A DNA stretch of 64,000 nt, taken from positions 11,760 to 75,759 of the forward strand of contig OMZM01000011.1 of assembly GCA_900315545.1 (NCBI GenBank), read 5' to 3'. The position numbers were made by a program, and so were the translations under genes. Shown piece after piece: positions 16,327 through 26,300 of the stretch; the stretch's first letter is position 1; each line of letters opens with the position of its first letter. The notes below the pieces were generated by a model that was not told the DNA's origin, did no database searches, and was given only the letters and a program-made list of their open reading frames with translations. The DNA is from an uncultured Prevotella sp. (GTDB taxonomy: Bacteria; Bacteroidota; Bacteroidia; Bacteroidales; Bacteroidaceae).

Positions 16327-19095
16327 ATGAATAAATTATTTCTTTTAGACGCATACGCGCTTATCTATCGCTCATATTATGCGTTCATCAAAAATCCACG
16401 AATAAACAGTAAAGGTTTCAATACGTCAGCCATCATGGGCTTTTGCAATACCCTCCACGAGGTTCTGTCGAAAGAGCAGCCAACACATATAGGTGTTGCC
16501 TTCGACCCTCACGGACCAACGTTCCGAAACGAGCTTTACCCCGAATACAAGGCACAACGCGATGAAACTCCTGAGGTTATCCGTCAGTCTGTTCCAATCA
16601 TCAAAGACATACTCCGCGCGTACAACATTCCCATTCTTGAAAAAGAAGGCTTCGAAGCTGATGATGTTATTGGCACACTTTCGGTGAAATCTTCAAAAAC
16701 TGACACCAACACCTATATGCTGACACCTGACAAGGACTATGGTCAGCTGGTGCAGGAACATGTATTTATCTATCGTCCTCGCCATGGCGGAGGGTATGAA
16801 GTAATGGGCGAGAACGAGGTATGCACAAAATATGGTATCTCCTCCCCTACTCAGGTTGTCGACCTGCTGGGACTCATGGGCGACTCAGCCGACAACTTTC
16901 CAGGTTGTCCGGGTGTCGGCGAAAAGACTGCCGTGAAACTTATCAGCGAATTTGGAAGTATAGAAAACCTGCTCAACCGTACCGACGAACTGAAAGGAGC
17001 ATTAAAGAAGAAAATAGAAGAACACGTTGACGACATACACATATCGAAACAACTGGCAACTATCCGCACTGATGTTCCAATCGAATTAAATCTCGATGAG
17101 CTTGCAGTTACCAATCCCAACGAGGAAGAACTGAGCAAGATTTTCAACGAATTGGAATTTAAAAGTTTTGCAAATCGTATTCTTAAAAAAGTTGAAAATT
17201 CCCCAAAATCAGTTTCTTCACAGCTCGATTTATTCGCAAATTCTGCGTCCACCGATACGAAAGAGCCAAAAAACACGAGTATTTTGACTGCTAACGACAC
17301 TCCTCACAATTATAAATTAGTTGGCAATGAGGAAGATATGTCGAAATTATGTGACTTTTTTTTGACAAACAAAAATATCAGTTTTGACACAGAAACGACA
17401 TCTACCGACCCTATGAGCGCAGAACTTGTAGGTCTGAGCTTTGCCGTAAAGGAATTTGAAGCCTATTACATTCCCGTGCCAGCAGACAAAGATAAAGCGC
17501 AGAAGATTGTCAACATTTTCCGTCCTGTATATGAAAATGCCGACATAACAAAAATAGGTCAGAACATAAAATACGACATGCTCGTACTCCGTCGATACGG
17601 CATTGAGCTGAAAGGCAAGCTGTTCGACACCATGATAGCCCACTACCTTCTTCAGCCGGAGTTACACCACAACATGGACTATATGGCTGAAACGCTGCTT
17701 GGCTATCAGACCATCCGCATAGAGGAACTTATCGGTCCACGCGGCAAGAAGCAACTTTCCATGCGCGACGTTTCGCCAGAGATTGTCTGCGACTATGCTG
17801 CCGAAGATGCCGACGTTACTCTGCGACTGAAGAACGTGCTGGAAAAGCGACTGTCGGAGCAAGACGGACTCAACAGTCTTTTCTATGATATTGAGATGCC
17901 ACTGGTGTCTGTTCTGGCGGAAATGGAATACAACGGTGTCTGCATCAACACCGACTCACTGGCAGAAACATCGCGCGACCTGACGCAGCGCATGAACGCA
18001 CTGGAAGCAAAGATATACGAGTTGGCAGGGGAGCAGTTCAACATTTCTTCGCCAAAGCAGGTCGGCGACATTCTTTTCGGCAAGATGCAGATAGTAGAAA
18101 AAGCGAAAAAGACCAAGACGGGACAGTATGTAACGTCGGAAGAAGTGCTGCAGCAACTCAGACATAAACACGAAATCGTTGATGCCATACTTTCGTATCG
18201 CGGTCTGAAGAAACTACTCGGAACTTACATAGACGCCCTGCCGAAACTTATAAACAAGGAGACGGGACACATACATACCTCCTTCAATCAGACAGTTACG
18301 GCTACAGGGCGACTCTCGTCGTCAGATCCAAACCTGCAAAACATACCTGTTCGCGGCGAGGACGGAAAGGAAATCAGACGCGCCTTCATACCCGAACCCG
18401 GATGCCTCTTTTTCTCTGCCGACTACAGCCAGATTGAATTGCGCGTCATGGCACACCTGTCGGGCGACGAGAACATGATAGAAGCCTTCCGCGAAGGACA
18501 CGACATCCACGCTGCAACAGCTGCACGCATATATAAGAAAGGTATGGACGAGGTCAGCCGCGACGAGCGCACGAAGGCTAAGCGTGCCAATTTCGGAATC
18601 ATCTACGGCATAACCGTCTTCGGACTTGCCGAGCGTCTCGACATTCCCCGAAGCGAAGCAAAGATGCTGATAGACGGATATTTCGAGACGTTCCCTGCCG
18701 TACACGAATATATGCAGCAAGCCATAAACAATGCACGCGAAAAAGGCTATGCCGAGACATTCTTCCGTCGCCGTCGCTACCTGCCAGACATCAACTCGAA
18801 CAACACAACCGTTCGCGGCTTTGCCGAGCGCAACGCCATTAACGCACCGATACAAGGCTCGGCAGCAGACATCATAAAAGTGGCAATGATACGCATCCAC
18901 CGCCGCTTCAAGGAGCAGCAACTGAAAAGCAAGATGATACTGCAAGTTCACGACGAACTCAACTTCTCCGTTGTACCAGAAGAGCGCGAGGCGGTAGAAA
19001 AAATCGTAATAGGGGAGATGCAGGGCGCCTACAACCTCCGCGTACCACTCGTTGCCGACTGCGGATGGGGTAGCAACTGGCTCGAGGCGCACTGA
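16327..19095 (+). CDS. polA: DNA polymerase I
   Basis: 5'-3' exonuclease N-terminus (LFLLDAYALIYR), 3'-5' exonuclease (FDTET), polymerase motifs DYSQIELR and QVHDEL. Start taken at MNKLF (16327). Confidence 0.98.
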   Translation: MNKLFLLDAYALIYRSYYAFIKNPRINSKGFNTSAIMGFCNTLHEVLSKEQPTHIGVAFDPHGPTFRNELYPEYKAQRDETPEVIRQSVPIIKDILRAYNIPILEKEGFEADDVIGTLSVKSSKTDTNTYMLTPDKDYGQLVQEHVFIYRPRHGGGYEVMGENEVCTKYGISSPTQVVDLLGLMGDSADNFPGCPGVGEKTAVKLISEFGSIENLLNRTDELKGALKKKIEEHVDDIHISKQLATIRTDVPIELNLDELAVTNPNEEELSKIFNELEFKSFANRILKKVENSPKSVSSQLDLFANSASTDTKEPKNTSILTANDTPHNYKLVGNEEDMSKLCDFFLTNKNISFDTETTSTDPMSAELVGLSFAVKEFEAYYIPVPADKDKAQKIVNIFRPVYENADITKIGQNIKYDMLVLRRYGIELKGKLFDTMIAHYLLQPELHHNMDYMAETLLGYQTIRIEELIGPRGKKQLSMRDVSPEIVCDYAAEDADVTLRLKNVLEKRLSEQDGLNSLFYDIEMPLVSVLAEMEYNGVCINTDSLAETSRDLTQRMNALEAKIYELAGEQFNISSPKQVGDILFGKMQIVEKAKKTKTGQYVTSEEVLQQLRHKHEIVDAILSYRGLKKLLGTYIDALPKLINKETGHIHTSFNQTVTATGRLSSSDPNLQNIPVRGEDGKEIRRAFIPEPGCLFFSADYSQIELRVMAHLSGDENMIEAFREGHDIHAATAARIYKKGMDEVSRDERTKAKRANFGIIYGITVFGLAERLDIPRSEAKMLIDGYFETFPAVHEYMQQAINNAREKGYAETFFRRRRYLPDINSNNTTVRGFAERNAINAPIQGSAADIIKVAMIRIHRRFKEQQLKSKMILQVHDELNFSVVPEEREAVEKIVIGEMQGAYNLRVPLVADCGWGSNWLEAH

Positions 19096-19138
19096 TAAAG
19101 AAAAAGATAATAAGTCTTATTGCAGAAACGGAAGCATT

Positions 19139-19254
19139 TTACAGGATTTGGATAAATCTTCTGTAATCCTTTTACAAGTATGCTGTAACAGCGTTACAGA
19201 CTATTCGTCACGCTGTTACGGAGTATCTGTCACGACATTACAAGCCGTTTGTAA
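19139..19254. repeat. Dispersed intergenic repeat family B, copy 1: phased TTACA-N7-TGT(A/C)A array
   Basis: Units start at 19150, 19172, 19194, 19216 and 19238 (exact 22-bp period); homologous to 49353-49468. Confidence 0.88.
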
Positions 19255-19441
19255 TTTCGCACCCGCCGTTGCAACTCGCGATGAAAAACAAGTATTAAGA
19301 CATTGGAAACTGTCATCATAGCCTCTGAAAAAAACCTATTTCGTTGAAAATCATAATTTTATTTGGTCGTTTGAAAGAAAAAACATACCTTTGCAAAGCT
19401 ATGTGCACATAACCGAAATTATTAATTTAAAACTTATTTTT

Positions 19442-21664
19442 ATGAAAAAATTCTACATTTACTTGGTTATTGCAGTATCTGCGATGCTTTTCCCATCACA
19501 GACAAAGGCTGCAACATGGACCTACGACTTCGAGAACATCGAAAGCCTCATCAACAATGAAGGTCCGAGAAAAGCCATTGACGCCAACTTCAACGGGCTC
19601 ATGTGGCACATGTATGGCGCCAAGCGCAACATGGACGACATGGACTGGTGCAACGGCGAAGGCTCTATCTGCCTGAACGGTACACTTCTCAACTCGTCGA
19701 TTCTCGCTACCGAGACTCCTAACATCACGCTGACAACATCCCGTTCGATAGGCACATTCGAGTTCTACGCTGCTGCCCACGACTACTGGAAGAACAACCA
19801 GATATGGTGGATAGTACAATATTCTACCGATGGCAACAACTGGATAACAACAGGCGAAGCCTTCATGGTTGGTCCGGAACCGGAACTCATCGTACGCAAT
19901 GTGAACCAGCCTAAGGCTCAGGTGCGCATCGTACGCGAAGACTATGCAACATACGACTACACATCGGGCACTGCATACGAAAACAAGATAAACTTCGACG
20001 ACTTCAAGATTACTGACTACGACGGCACTACAGCGCCTATTCTCTCAGCCAACGTATCTTCGCTCGACTTCGGCGAATTGCAGAAAGGCGAGGAGGCTAC
20101 ACGCTCTTTCACGCTCACACACAAGAACATCGAGGGCGACGTGAAGATGGAAATCATCGGCGACGATGCCGTTTACTTCACACTTCTGACCGAAGCAGTT
20201 TCTGAAGGCGAGTCAACAGAAATAAGCATCAAGTGCACCGGCAAGCGCAAGGGCAACTACAAGGCTGTTTTCCGCGCTACTGCCGACGACATTCAGTTCA
20301 ACCTCACTATGACTGCAGTGGGCAAGGTTGACGACAACGTACTCTTCAGTGGCGGTACAGGTACAGAGGAAGACCCATACCTCATAAGCGACGCATCAGA
20401 CATGCAGACTCTCTCAAAGATGGTTGAGGACGACCAGAACACATTTGAAGGACAATACTTCCTCATGACCAACGATATCAACATGAGCAGCATTGCCAAC
20501 TTCCGTTCTATCGGCAACCAGTTCGGCCGTCAGGACAGCGGCATCGACGGCATACGTCCGTTCAGCGGCACTTTCGACGGTGGCAACCACGTTCTGCACA
20601 ACGTAAAAATCAGCAACAACTACAACTTCGTAGGTGTATTCGGTATCATAAACGGTGCAACTATAAAGAACCTCACCATATCCAACAGCTCATTCTATGC
20701 CTCATCGGGCGTAGCTCCGCTGATTGGCGAAATCCTCGAATATGCTGTCGTAGAGAACTGCCACGTTACATCTGACGTTGTCGTTTCAGACGAAATGATG
20801 TACGCTTCCGGACTCATTGCCGGAGCCATGGAATACTTAGGTGCACCAGCCGGCAAGTGCGTACGCATATCTGACTGTACTACAGCTGCACGCGTTACCG
20901 ACTTCACGGGTGGTGCTGCCGGCATCATCTGCAGCCAGTCTGCAAAAGGCGCAATAATAGAACGATGCGGAAACATGGCAGAAGTAACAAGTAAAAACCA
21001 CTATGTCGCAGGTATCTGCATGAATGTTAAAAGCACAACAACAATCACCGACTGCTACAACACCGGCAAGCTCTTCATGCAAGACCAGAACTCACAGGGC
21101 GGCGAAATACAGACCAACTGTCGCGGTGGCGGTATCGTGGCTACAGCAGCCGACATTCTCTACACCGACCAGTACCTGACTATCGAAAACTGCTACACAG
21201 CAGGCTACCTGAGCGAGACAAGCACACGTCTGCACGTCATATACAACGCTGACGAACTCTATGGAGAAAACTATATCATGACCAACAACTACTACGACGC
21301 AGAAAAGGGCAACATCTACGAAAAATATGCTACTGCTGTAGAAAAAAACGTCATGAAGTCGGAAACATTCGTCAACCTGCTCAACAACAACGAGGAAGGA
21401 TGCTGGACAATCATAGCAGGCAAGAACGAAGGCTTCCCTGTTCCTGAGTCTGGAAACGTTGATGCTATCAAGACAACAAAGACTGTCGGAGAGCCTGTCG
21501 TAAGCTTCGAAAACGGCAACATGACTGTCAGCGGCAACTACGACCGCGTAACTGTCTACGACATCAACGGACAGCAGCACAGCACAAACAGCCTCAGCAA
21601 CGGCGTCTACATCATAAAGATTGAAGCCGAAGGAAAGACTTACACTAAGAAAGTTTTGCGATAA
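19442..21664 (+). CDS. Secreted GLUG-type/beta-helix surface protein with T9SS-type C-terminal domain (paralog 1)
   Basis: Signal peptide from MKKFYIY; FSGGTGTEEDPYLI and FSGTFDGGNH motifs, repeated xxNCYNxG units; C-terminal YDINGQ...GVYIIKIEAEGKTYTKKVLR. Confidence 0.75.
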   Translation: MKKFYIYLVIAVSAMLFPSQTKAATWTYDFENIESLINNEGPRKAIDANFNGLMWHMYGAKRNMDDMDWCNGEGSICLNGTLLNSSILATETPNITLTTSRSIGTFEFYAAAHDYWKNNQIWWIVQYSTDGNNWITTGEAFMVGPEPELIVRNVNQPKAQVRIVREDYATYDYTSGTAYENKINFDDFKITDYDGTTAPILSANVSSLDFGELQKGEEATRSFTLTHKNIEGDVKMEIIGDDAVYFTLLTEAVSEGESTEISIKCTGKRKGNYKAVFRATADDIQFNLTMTAVGKVDDNVLFSGGTGTEEDPYLISDASDMQTLSKMVEDDQNTFEGQYFLMTNDINMSSIANFRSIGNQFGRQDSGIDGIRPFSGTFDGGNHVLHNVKISNNYNFVGVFGIINGATIKNLTISNSSFYASSGVAPLIGEILEYAVVENCHVTSDVVVSDEMMYASGLIAGAMEYLGAPAGKCVRISDCTTAARVTDFTGGAAGIICSQSAKGAIIERCGNMAEVTSKNHYVAGICMNVKSTTTITDCYNTGKLFMQDQNSQGGEIQTNCRGGGIVATAADILYTDQYLTIENCYTAGYLSETSTRLHVIYNADELYGENYIMTNNYYDAEKGNIYEKYATAVEKNVMKSETFVNLLNNNEEGCWTIIAGKNEGFPVPESGNVDAIKTTKTVGEPVVSFENGNMTVSGNYDRVTVYDINGQQHSTNSLSNGVYIIKIEAEGKTYTKKVLR

Positions 21665-21801
21665 GCAACAGAACAAGAGCTATGCTTTGATAAGCAAATA
21701 GCATGACCGACTATCACAAAGAGCATAGTTTTCGACAGGGAAAGCTATGCTCTTTGAACATTAAATACACAAACCTGATAACCAAACAAACACGCAACTA
21801 C

Positions 21802-23988
21802 ATGAAACATCTATTCTTATCACTTTTCGCTACATGCCTGGCATTTGCTTGCATGCATCCGGCAGCGGCACAAGACTGGACATACGACTTCGAGGACTTT
21901 ACGCAAGCCATTAACGCGCAGGGACCGAAGCGCGTCATAGATGCCACTCTCAACGGAGTCGGCTGGCACATGTACGGCGTACGCGACAACTACGACGGCA
22001 CCGACTTCTGCAACGGCAAAGGCTCAATGCGACTCTATGGCGAGATGATGTCGTCGTCGAGCGATGCCGACGAGCCTATAAACTTCACGCTGAGCGAGCC
22101 GCGCTCCATCGGAACATTTGAGTTTAAGATGAGAGCAAACAGCAACTGGTACAACACCAACACCTCGTGGATTACTCAATACACCACCGACGGCGACAAC
22201 TGGATAACCATTGGCGACGAGTTCGCAGCAGGCAAGGACGTAGAGACAGTGTCGCGCACCATCAACATGCACAACTGCCGCGTGCGCATAGTACGCAGCG
22301 ACTACCTGACATACGACGCAAGCGAGGCTCTTGCGTTCCGCGACATCGTCAACATCGATGACATCCGCCTGAGCGGATACGACGGCTCTGAGTCGACACA
22401 GCTGTCGGCTGATGTTAGCAGTCTCGACTTCGGCGAGGTGATAAAGGATGAACAGAAAACGCTTTCGTTCACACTGACACACATAGACCTGCCTGCCGAA
22501 GCAACCATGAGTATAGAGGGACAAGCAGCATCGTCGTTTACGTTTACACCGCAACAACTTGGCGACGCCGAAAGCGACGTCATATCTGTAACCTGCCAGC
22601 CACTGCAGAAAGGCATGCTGAAAGCCGTTTTCACAGTAAGAAGCGGCAGCATAAGCCTTCAGATACCGCTCTCTGCCTACGGACGAATGCCCGAAGGAAT
22701 ACGCTTCAGCGGCGGTACGGGAACGGCTGAAGACCCGTTCATCATCAGCGATGCAACCGACCTGGAGGAACTTTCCGACAACGTGGAGAACAACAAAGAG
22801 TCGTTTGCAGGACAATACTTCCTCATGACAAGCGACATCGACATGAGCAACGTGGCAAACCTGAGGCCTATAGGCAACAACTTCGGACGCTCTGCCGACC
22901 TGCCTGACTTCATCCGACCATTCAGCGGAACATTTGACGGGGCAGGACACACCATCAGAAACTTGCAGATGGAACATCGCAACGAACTGTTCGGAGGCTT
23001 GTTTGGCATCATCGACAATGCAACTATAAAGAACGTCAATATCGATAATTCCGATATCTACATAAGCGTCGGAGCAGCAGCTATCGTCGGTGCAGGCACG
23101 GGAAAGTGCAGCATCGTTAACTGCCACGTAGGAGAGAACGTCAGCATAACAAACGGTTCATACTATGCCGGCGGCATCATAGGCGGTCTGCTGCAAGGCG
23201 ACGGCTCGACAATAGCCGACTGCACAAATGCGGCAACGGTAAAGAGCATCAACATCTCCGGAGGTATCATTGCCAACAACTCGCAGACAGGACTGACGAT
23301 AGAACGGTGCGGAAGCGTGGGAAACATCGTTGAGGCTAACTCTTACACTGGCGGCATCTGCGGATATACCACTGAGGGACTGACCATAAACGACTGCTAC
23401 AACACCGGCAAGATTGAACTCTACAACAATCAGCAGAACCCGAACATCTTCGGCGGCGGCATTCTCGGAGCAGCAATGGAAGTGTCGGCTTACGACAACA
23501 TAACCATAACTAACTGCTACAACGCCGGACATCTTGACTACGACTATGGCACGATGCACCCAATATTTGTGTTCCAAAACACTGAGGGCAACAACTACAC
23601 GATAGTCAACTGCTACAACGCAACAGACATAGCGCCAGGCGGCTACGCTATGGTTGACCAACTGACCACTGCACAGATGCGTCTGCCTGTCTTTGCCGAC
23701 ATGCTCAACGAGTACGAACGCAGCGTATGGCAGTTTGAAGAAGGCGTAAACAATGGTCTGCCTGTGCCTACAGGCGGTGCAGCCGACAAGATTGTGCCTG
23801 CCATAGGACAGCAAAAGACTATGGCAAAGATTGTCAACGGCAGGGTAGTGGTCGAAGGCTCATACGACAGCATCACCGTCTACGACATCAGCGGACAGCA
23901 GGTTGACGCCAACGCACTGCCCGACGGACTGTACATCGTTAAGATTACATCCAACGGAAAAACAACCACGCAGAAGATAATGAAATAA
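21802..23988 (+). CDS. Secreted GLUG-type/beta-helix surface protein with T9SS-type C-terminal domain (paralog 2)
   Basis: Signal peptide from MKHLFLS; collinear with paralog 1 (WTYDFE, WHMYG, SSLDFGE, FSGGTGT, DCYNTGK); C-terminal YDISGQ...GLYIVKITSNGKTTTQKIMK. Confidence 0.75.
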   Translation: MKHLFLSLFATCLAFACMHPAAAQDWTYDFEDFTQAINAQGPKRVIDATLNGVGWHMYGVRDNYDGTDFCNGKGSMRLYGEMMSSSSDADEPINFTLSEPRSIGTFEFKMRANSNWYNTNTSWITQYTTDGDNWITIGDEFAAGKDVETVSRTINMHNCRVRIVRSDYLTYDASEALAFRDIVNIDDIRLSGYDGSESTQLSADVSSLDFGEVIKDEQKTLSFTLTHIDLPAEATMSIEGQAASSFTFTPQQLGDAESDVISVTCQPLQKGMLKAVFTVRSGSISLQIPLSAYGRMPEGIRFSGGTGTAEDPFIISDATDLEELSDNVENNKESFAGQYFLMTSDIDMSNVANLRPIGNNFGRSADLPDFIRPFSGTFDGAGHTIRNLQMEHRNELFGGLFGIIDNATIKNVNIDNSDIYISVGAAAIVGAGTGKCSIVNCHVGENVSITNGSYYAGGIIGGLLQGDGSTIADCTNAATVKSINISGGIIANNSQTGLTIERCGSVGNIVEANSYTGGICGYTTEGLTINDCYNTGKIELYNNQQNPNIFGGGILGAAMEVSAYDNITITNCYNAGHLDYDYGTMHPIFVFQNTEGNNYTIVNCYNATDIAPGGYAMVDQLTTAQMRLPVFADMLNEYERSVWQFEEGVNNGLPVPTGGAADKIVPAIGQQKTMAKIVNGRVVVEGSYDSITVYDISGQQVDANALPDGLYIVKITSNGKTTTQKIMK

Positions 23989-24094
23989 CTCTGCGCTGTC
24001 GTCATCTCGACATCAAACCGTCTGCAAGACTTCACCAACCCTACGGAAACAAGAAACCGTCCGTCAAGGGAAATGAATAAACTTATAAGGAAAG

Positions 24095-24133
24095 AAAAAC
24101 GGCTGAAGCCCTTGCTTGGGTTTCAGCCGTTTT
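24095..24133. terminator. Bidirectional terminator
   Basis: AAAAACGGCTGAAGCCC-TTGCTT-GGGTTTCAGCCGTTTT between convergent genes. Confidence 0.75.
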
Positions 24134-24180
24134 AGATATTGAAATTGTAGTTGCAGACTATATCTACTTATAAGTATAAA

Positions 24181-25068
24181 CTAAAGAGCAAGGCGCAGCC
24201 CAATAAGACTGCTAAATCCATCTTTCGAGCAACTGTGATTAGGGTATTCTGCATCACGGGAACATACTAAACAGCCACCACTGTAACTATTAGTGTCGCC
24301 ACCACGGATAATACGATAATTTTCTACGCGCCCAAAGTCATCATAAATAGGAGAAGAAGCTACAGGATCAAATTGACTTTCACTGCTATATGCTCCCCAA
24401 TAGTCCTCACACCATTCACTAACATTGCCGCTCATATCGTATATTCCAAGTTCGTTTGGCTGTTTCTGCCCGACATAGTGAGTGGTTTCGGTTTCATTTG
24501 AATTGCTATAGAACCAAGCAACATCGCGCAATGTGTTGCTGCCAGAATATCTGTAACCACGAGATTTCGCTCCACCGCGAGCAGCATATTCCCACTGCGC
24601 CTCAGTAGGGAGGCGGAAAAGTTTGCCAGTAATATTGCTAAGACGACGGACAAACTCCTGACATTCATTCCAGGTAACATCTTCAACTGGACGAAGTCCG
24701 CCCTTATAAAAACTCGGATTGCTTTCCATTACCGCATGCCAAAGTTCCTGAGTTACCTCAGTCTGGCCTATGTAATAATCACTCAACGTAACACTATGTA
24801 CTGGTTTCTCATCTACATAAGACCTTTCATCTTCATCTTCCATATCGCTTTTTTGTTCTTTTGTGGCACCCATCAAGAAAGTGCCACCCTTGACATAAAC
24901 CATTGTGAACGACACACCATTCACGTTGAATGTTAAATCCTTTTTAGACATACCTTCACTTGGTTTTCCTTCACTTGGCTCATCATCGTTGTCAGAACAT
25001 GAAATGAGACCCATTGCAAATACCGACAGAAATACTGTCATGCATACTAAATAATTATTTTTTTTCAT
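24181..25068 (-). CDS. Lipoprotein with FGE-sulfatase (SUMF1/EgtB/PvdO family) domain
   Basis: Lipobox LIS-C followed by acidic SDNDDE; EVTQELW, RLPTEAQWEYAARGG, DMSGNVSEW and GLRLAL motifs. Confidence 0.88.
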   Translation of the reverse strand: MKKNNYLVCMTVFLSVFAMGLISCSDNDDEPSEGKPSEGMSKKDLTFNVNGVSFTMVYVKGGTFLMGATKEQKSDMEDEDERSYVDEKPVHSVTLSDYYIGQTEVTQELWHAVMESNPSFYKGGLRPVEDVTWNECQEFVRRLSNITGKLFRLPTEAQWEYAARGGAKSRGYRYSGSNTLRDVAWFYSNSNETETTHYVGQKQPNELGIYDMSGNVSEWCEDYWGAYSSESQFDPVASSPIYDDFGRVENYRIIRGGDTNSYSGGCLVCSRDAEYPNHSCSKDGFSSLIGLRLAL

Positions 25069-25299
25069 TGCTTTATAATTTTTATTGTCAATCTTATATT
25101 ATTATTACTAAAATCTTTGGCACTTACAACCAATCCTTCGTCATCCATGAGGTTTTGTCTTGCATTACCCCTTGAACATCATTTTTCCGCATATTGTTTT
25201 TATCTCTTCAATAGGACATGTTTCACTGCAAACAAGTTCGCAATTTGCAAGTCTATAAAAAGGATTACAATTTTTTATCAACACGATAATTAACTTTAC

Positions 25300-25647
25300 T
25301 CATTTGTATTTTTTTAAATTATTAGTATTTACGTCATCTTCAATAGTAAGCGGAGAATTTAAAGAATATGTTTGCCCCTTTTTATCTATACTTCCCTTAA
25401 ATCGTAGTCTATTCCCATTAGAATAGGACACACCACCTTCTGTATTAGGTACAAAGGAGAACTCTGCGGTTCCGCTAAATTCGTTTATTCCTTCTTTTTC
25501 CCAAATCTTGTCATTACCAATAAGTCTCAAATCGGAAATTTGATAAATACAATAACATACATTTCTGATTTCGGCAATTTTAGCACTGAGAATGGTTTGT
25601 CGAAACAACCATTCCTCTTTTTTGTTTTCACTGTTTATCATACGCAT
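25300..25647 (-). CDS. Hypothetical protein (AT-rich)
   Basis: 115 aa ORF downstream of structured leader L2; no family recognised. Confidence 0.5.
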   Translation of the reverse strand: MRMINSENKKEEWLFRQTILSAKIAEIRNVCYCIYQISDLRLIGNDKIWEKEGINEFSGTAEFSFVPNTEGGVSYSNGNRLRFKGSIDKKGQTYSLNSPLTIEDDVNTNNLKKYK

Positions 25648-25695
25648 TAAATACTTTATGCTTATAGCGACCCAGATTCAGCGGTTAATAAAAAG

Positions 25696-25903
25696 TTAAA
25701 CGGAAAGACGTGGGTGCTCTACTTTTCGCTTATCCCACGTGAGGGCTCTCGCATTGCCTTGACCAGGATAAGCAACTCGAGATAGCCCACGCCGAGACAT
25801 ATTGAAACTATCTGCTACACCAGCAGACAGGGTACAATACACCCATAGTGGACGTTTCGGTTGCGCTTCTTCTGGTCTTTGAATTTGCGAGATTCTCACG
25901 TAG
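25696..25903 (-). ncRNA. Candidate structured 5' leader RNA (element L2)
   Basis: On the minus strand CTACGTGAG-AA-TCTCGCA pairs with TGCGAGA-GCC-CTCACGTGG; several inner hairpins; downstream of a TGTATCTTTGCA promoter box at ~25979-25991. Confidence 0.6.
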
Positions 25904-26300
25904 AAGAAAACGTTTCGTAACGTCCTTTTTGCCTCTAAAATATTGACCCGCCGTCCCTTTCGGGCTATTTCGAGTCGTATGCAAAGATACAACAATTCTT
26001 GCAAATGATGATATTTTTTGCCTTGTTTTTTTAATTTTCCCTCTGATTTCCTACTTTTTGGCTGGACTGTCGCTTGCGAATTACTTATTCTACTATTATA
26101 TATAATGTATGGTTTTGACAAGCGTCTTTCGCTCGGGGATGAAAAGAAAAAACATTTTTTCCTTTTGCATTCCGACTGCTTATTGCATAAAATCCTCACG
26201 CTCTACAGAATAAAAATTATTTATTTTGTCATCACTTAATCGGATTTTTCGTAACTTTGCACACACTAACGGGAAAAAAAAAGAAAAGAAATATAAAACT

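Noticed and set aside
19139-19254. CRISPR array interpretation of the 22-bp periodic arrays (also 35279-35388 and 49353-49468)
   Set aside because: Constant parts are only 5 bp and variable parts 5-7 bp, far below CRISPR repeat/spacer sizes; no cas genes.
24181-25068. Diversity-generating retroelement target
   Set aside because: The fold is compatible, but there is no reverse transcriptase and no second near-identical copy (template repeat) in the window.
25696-26199. 167-aa minus-strand ORF
   Set aside because: It crosses a promoter box and the AT-rich divergent intergenic region and has no protein-like features; better explained as leader L2. Only its last 34 codons are kept as a possible uORF.
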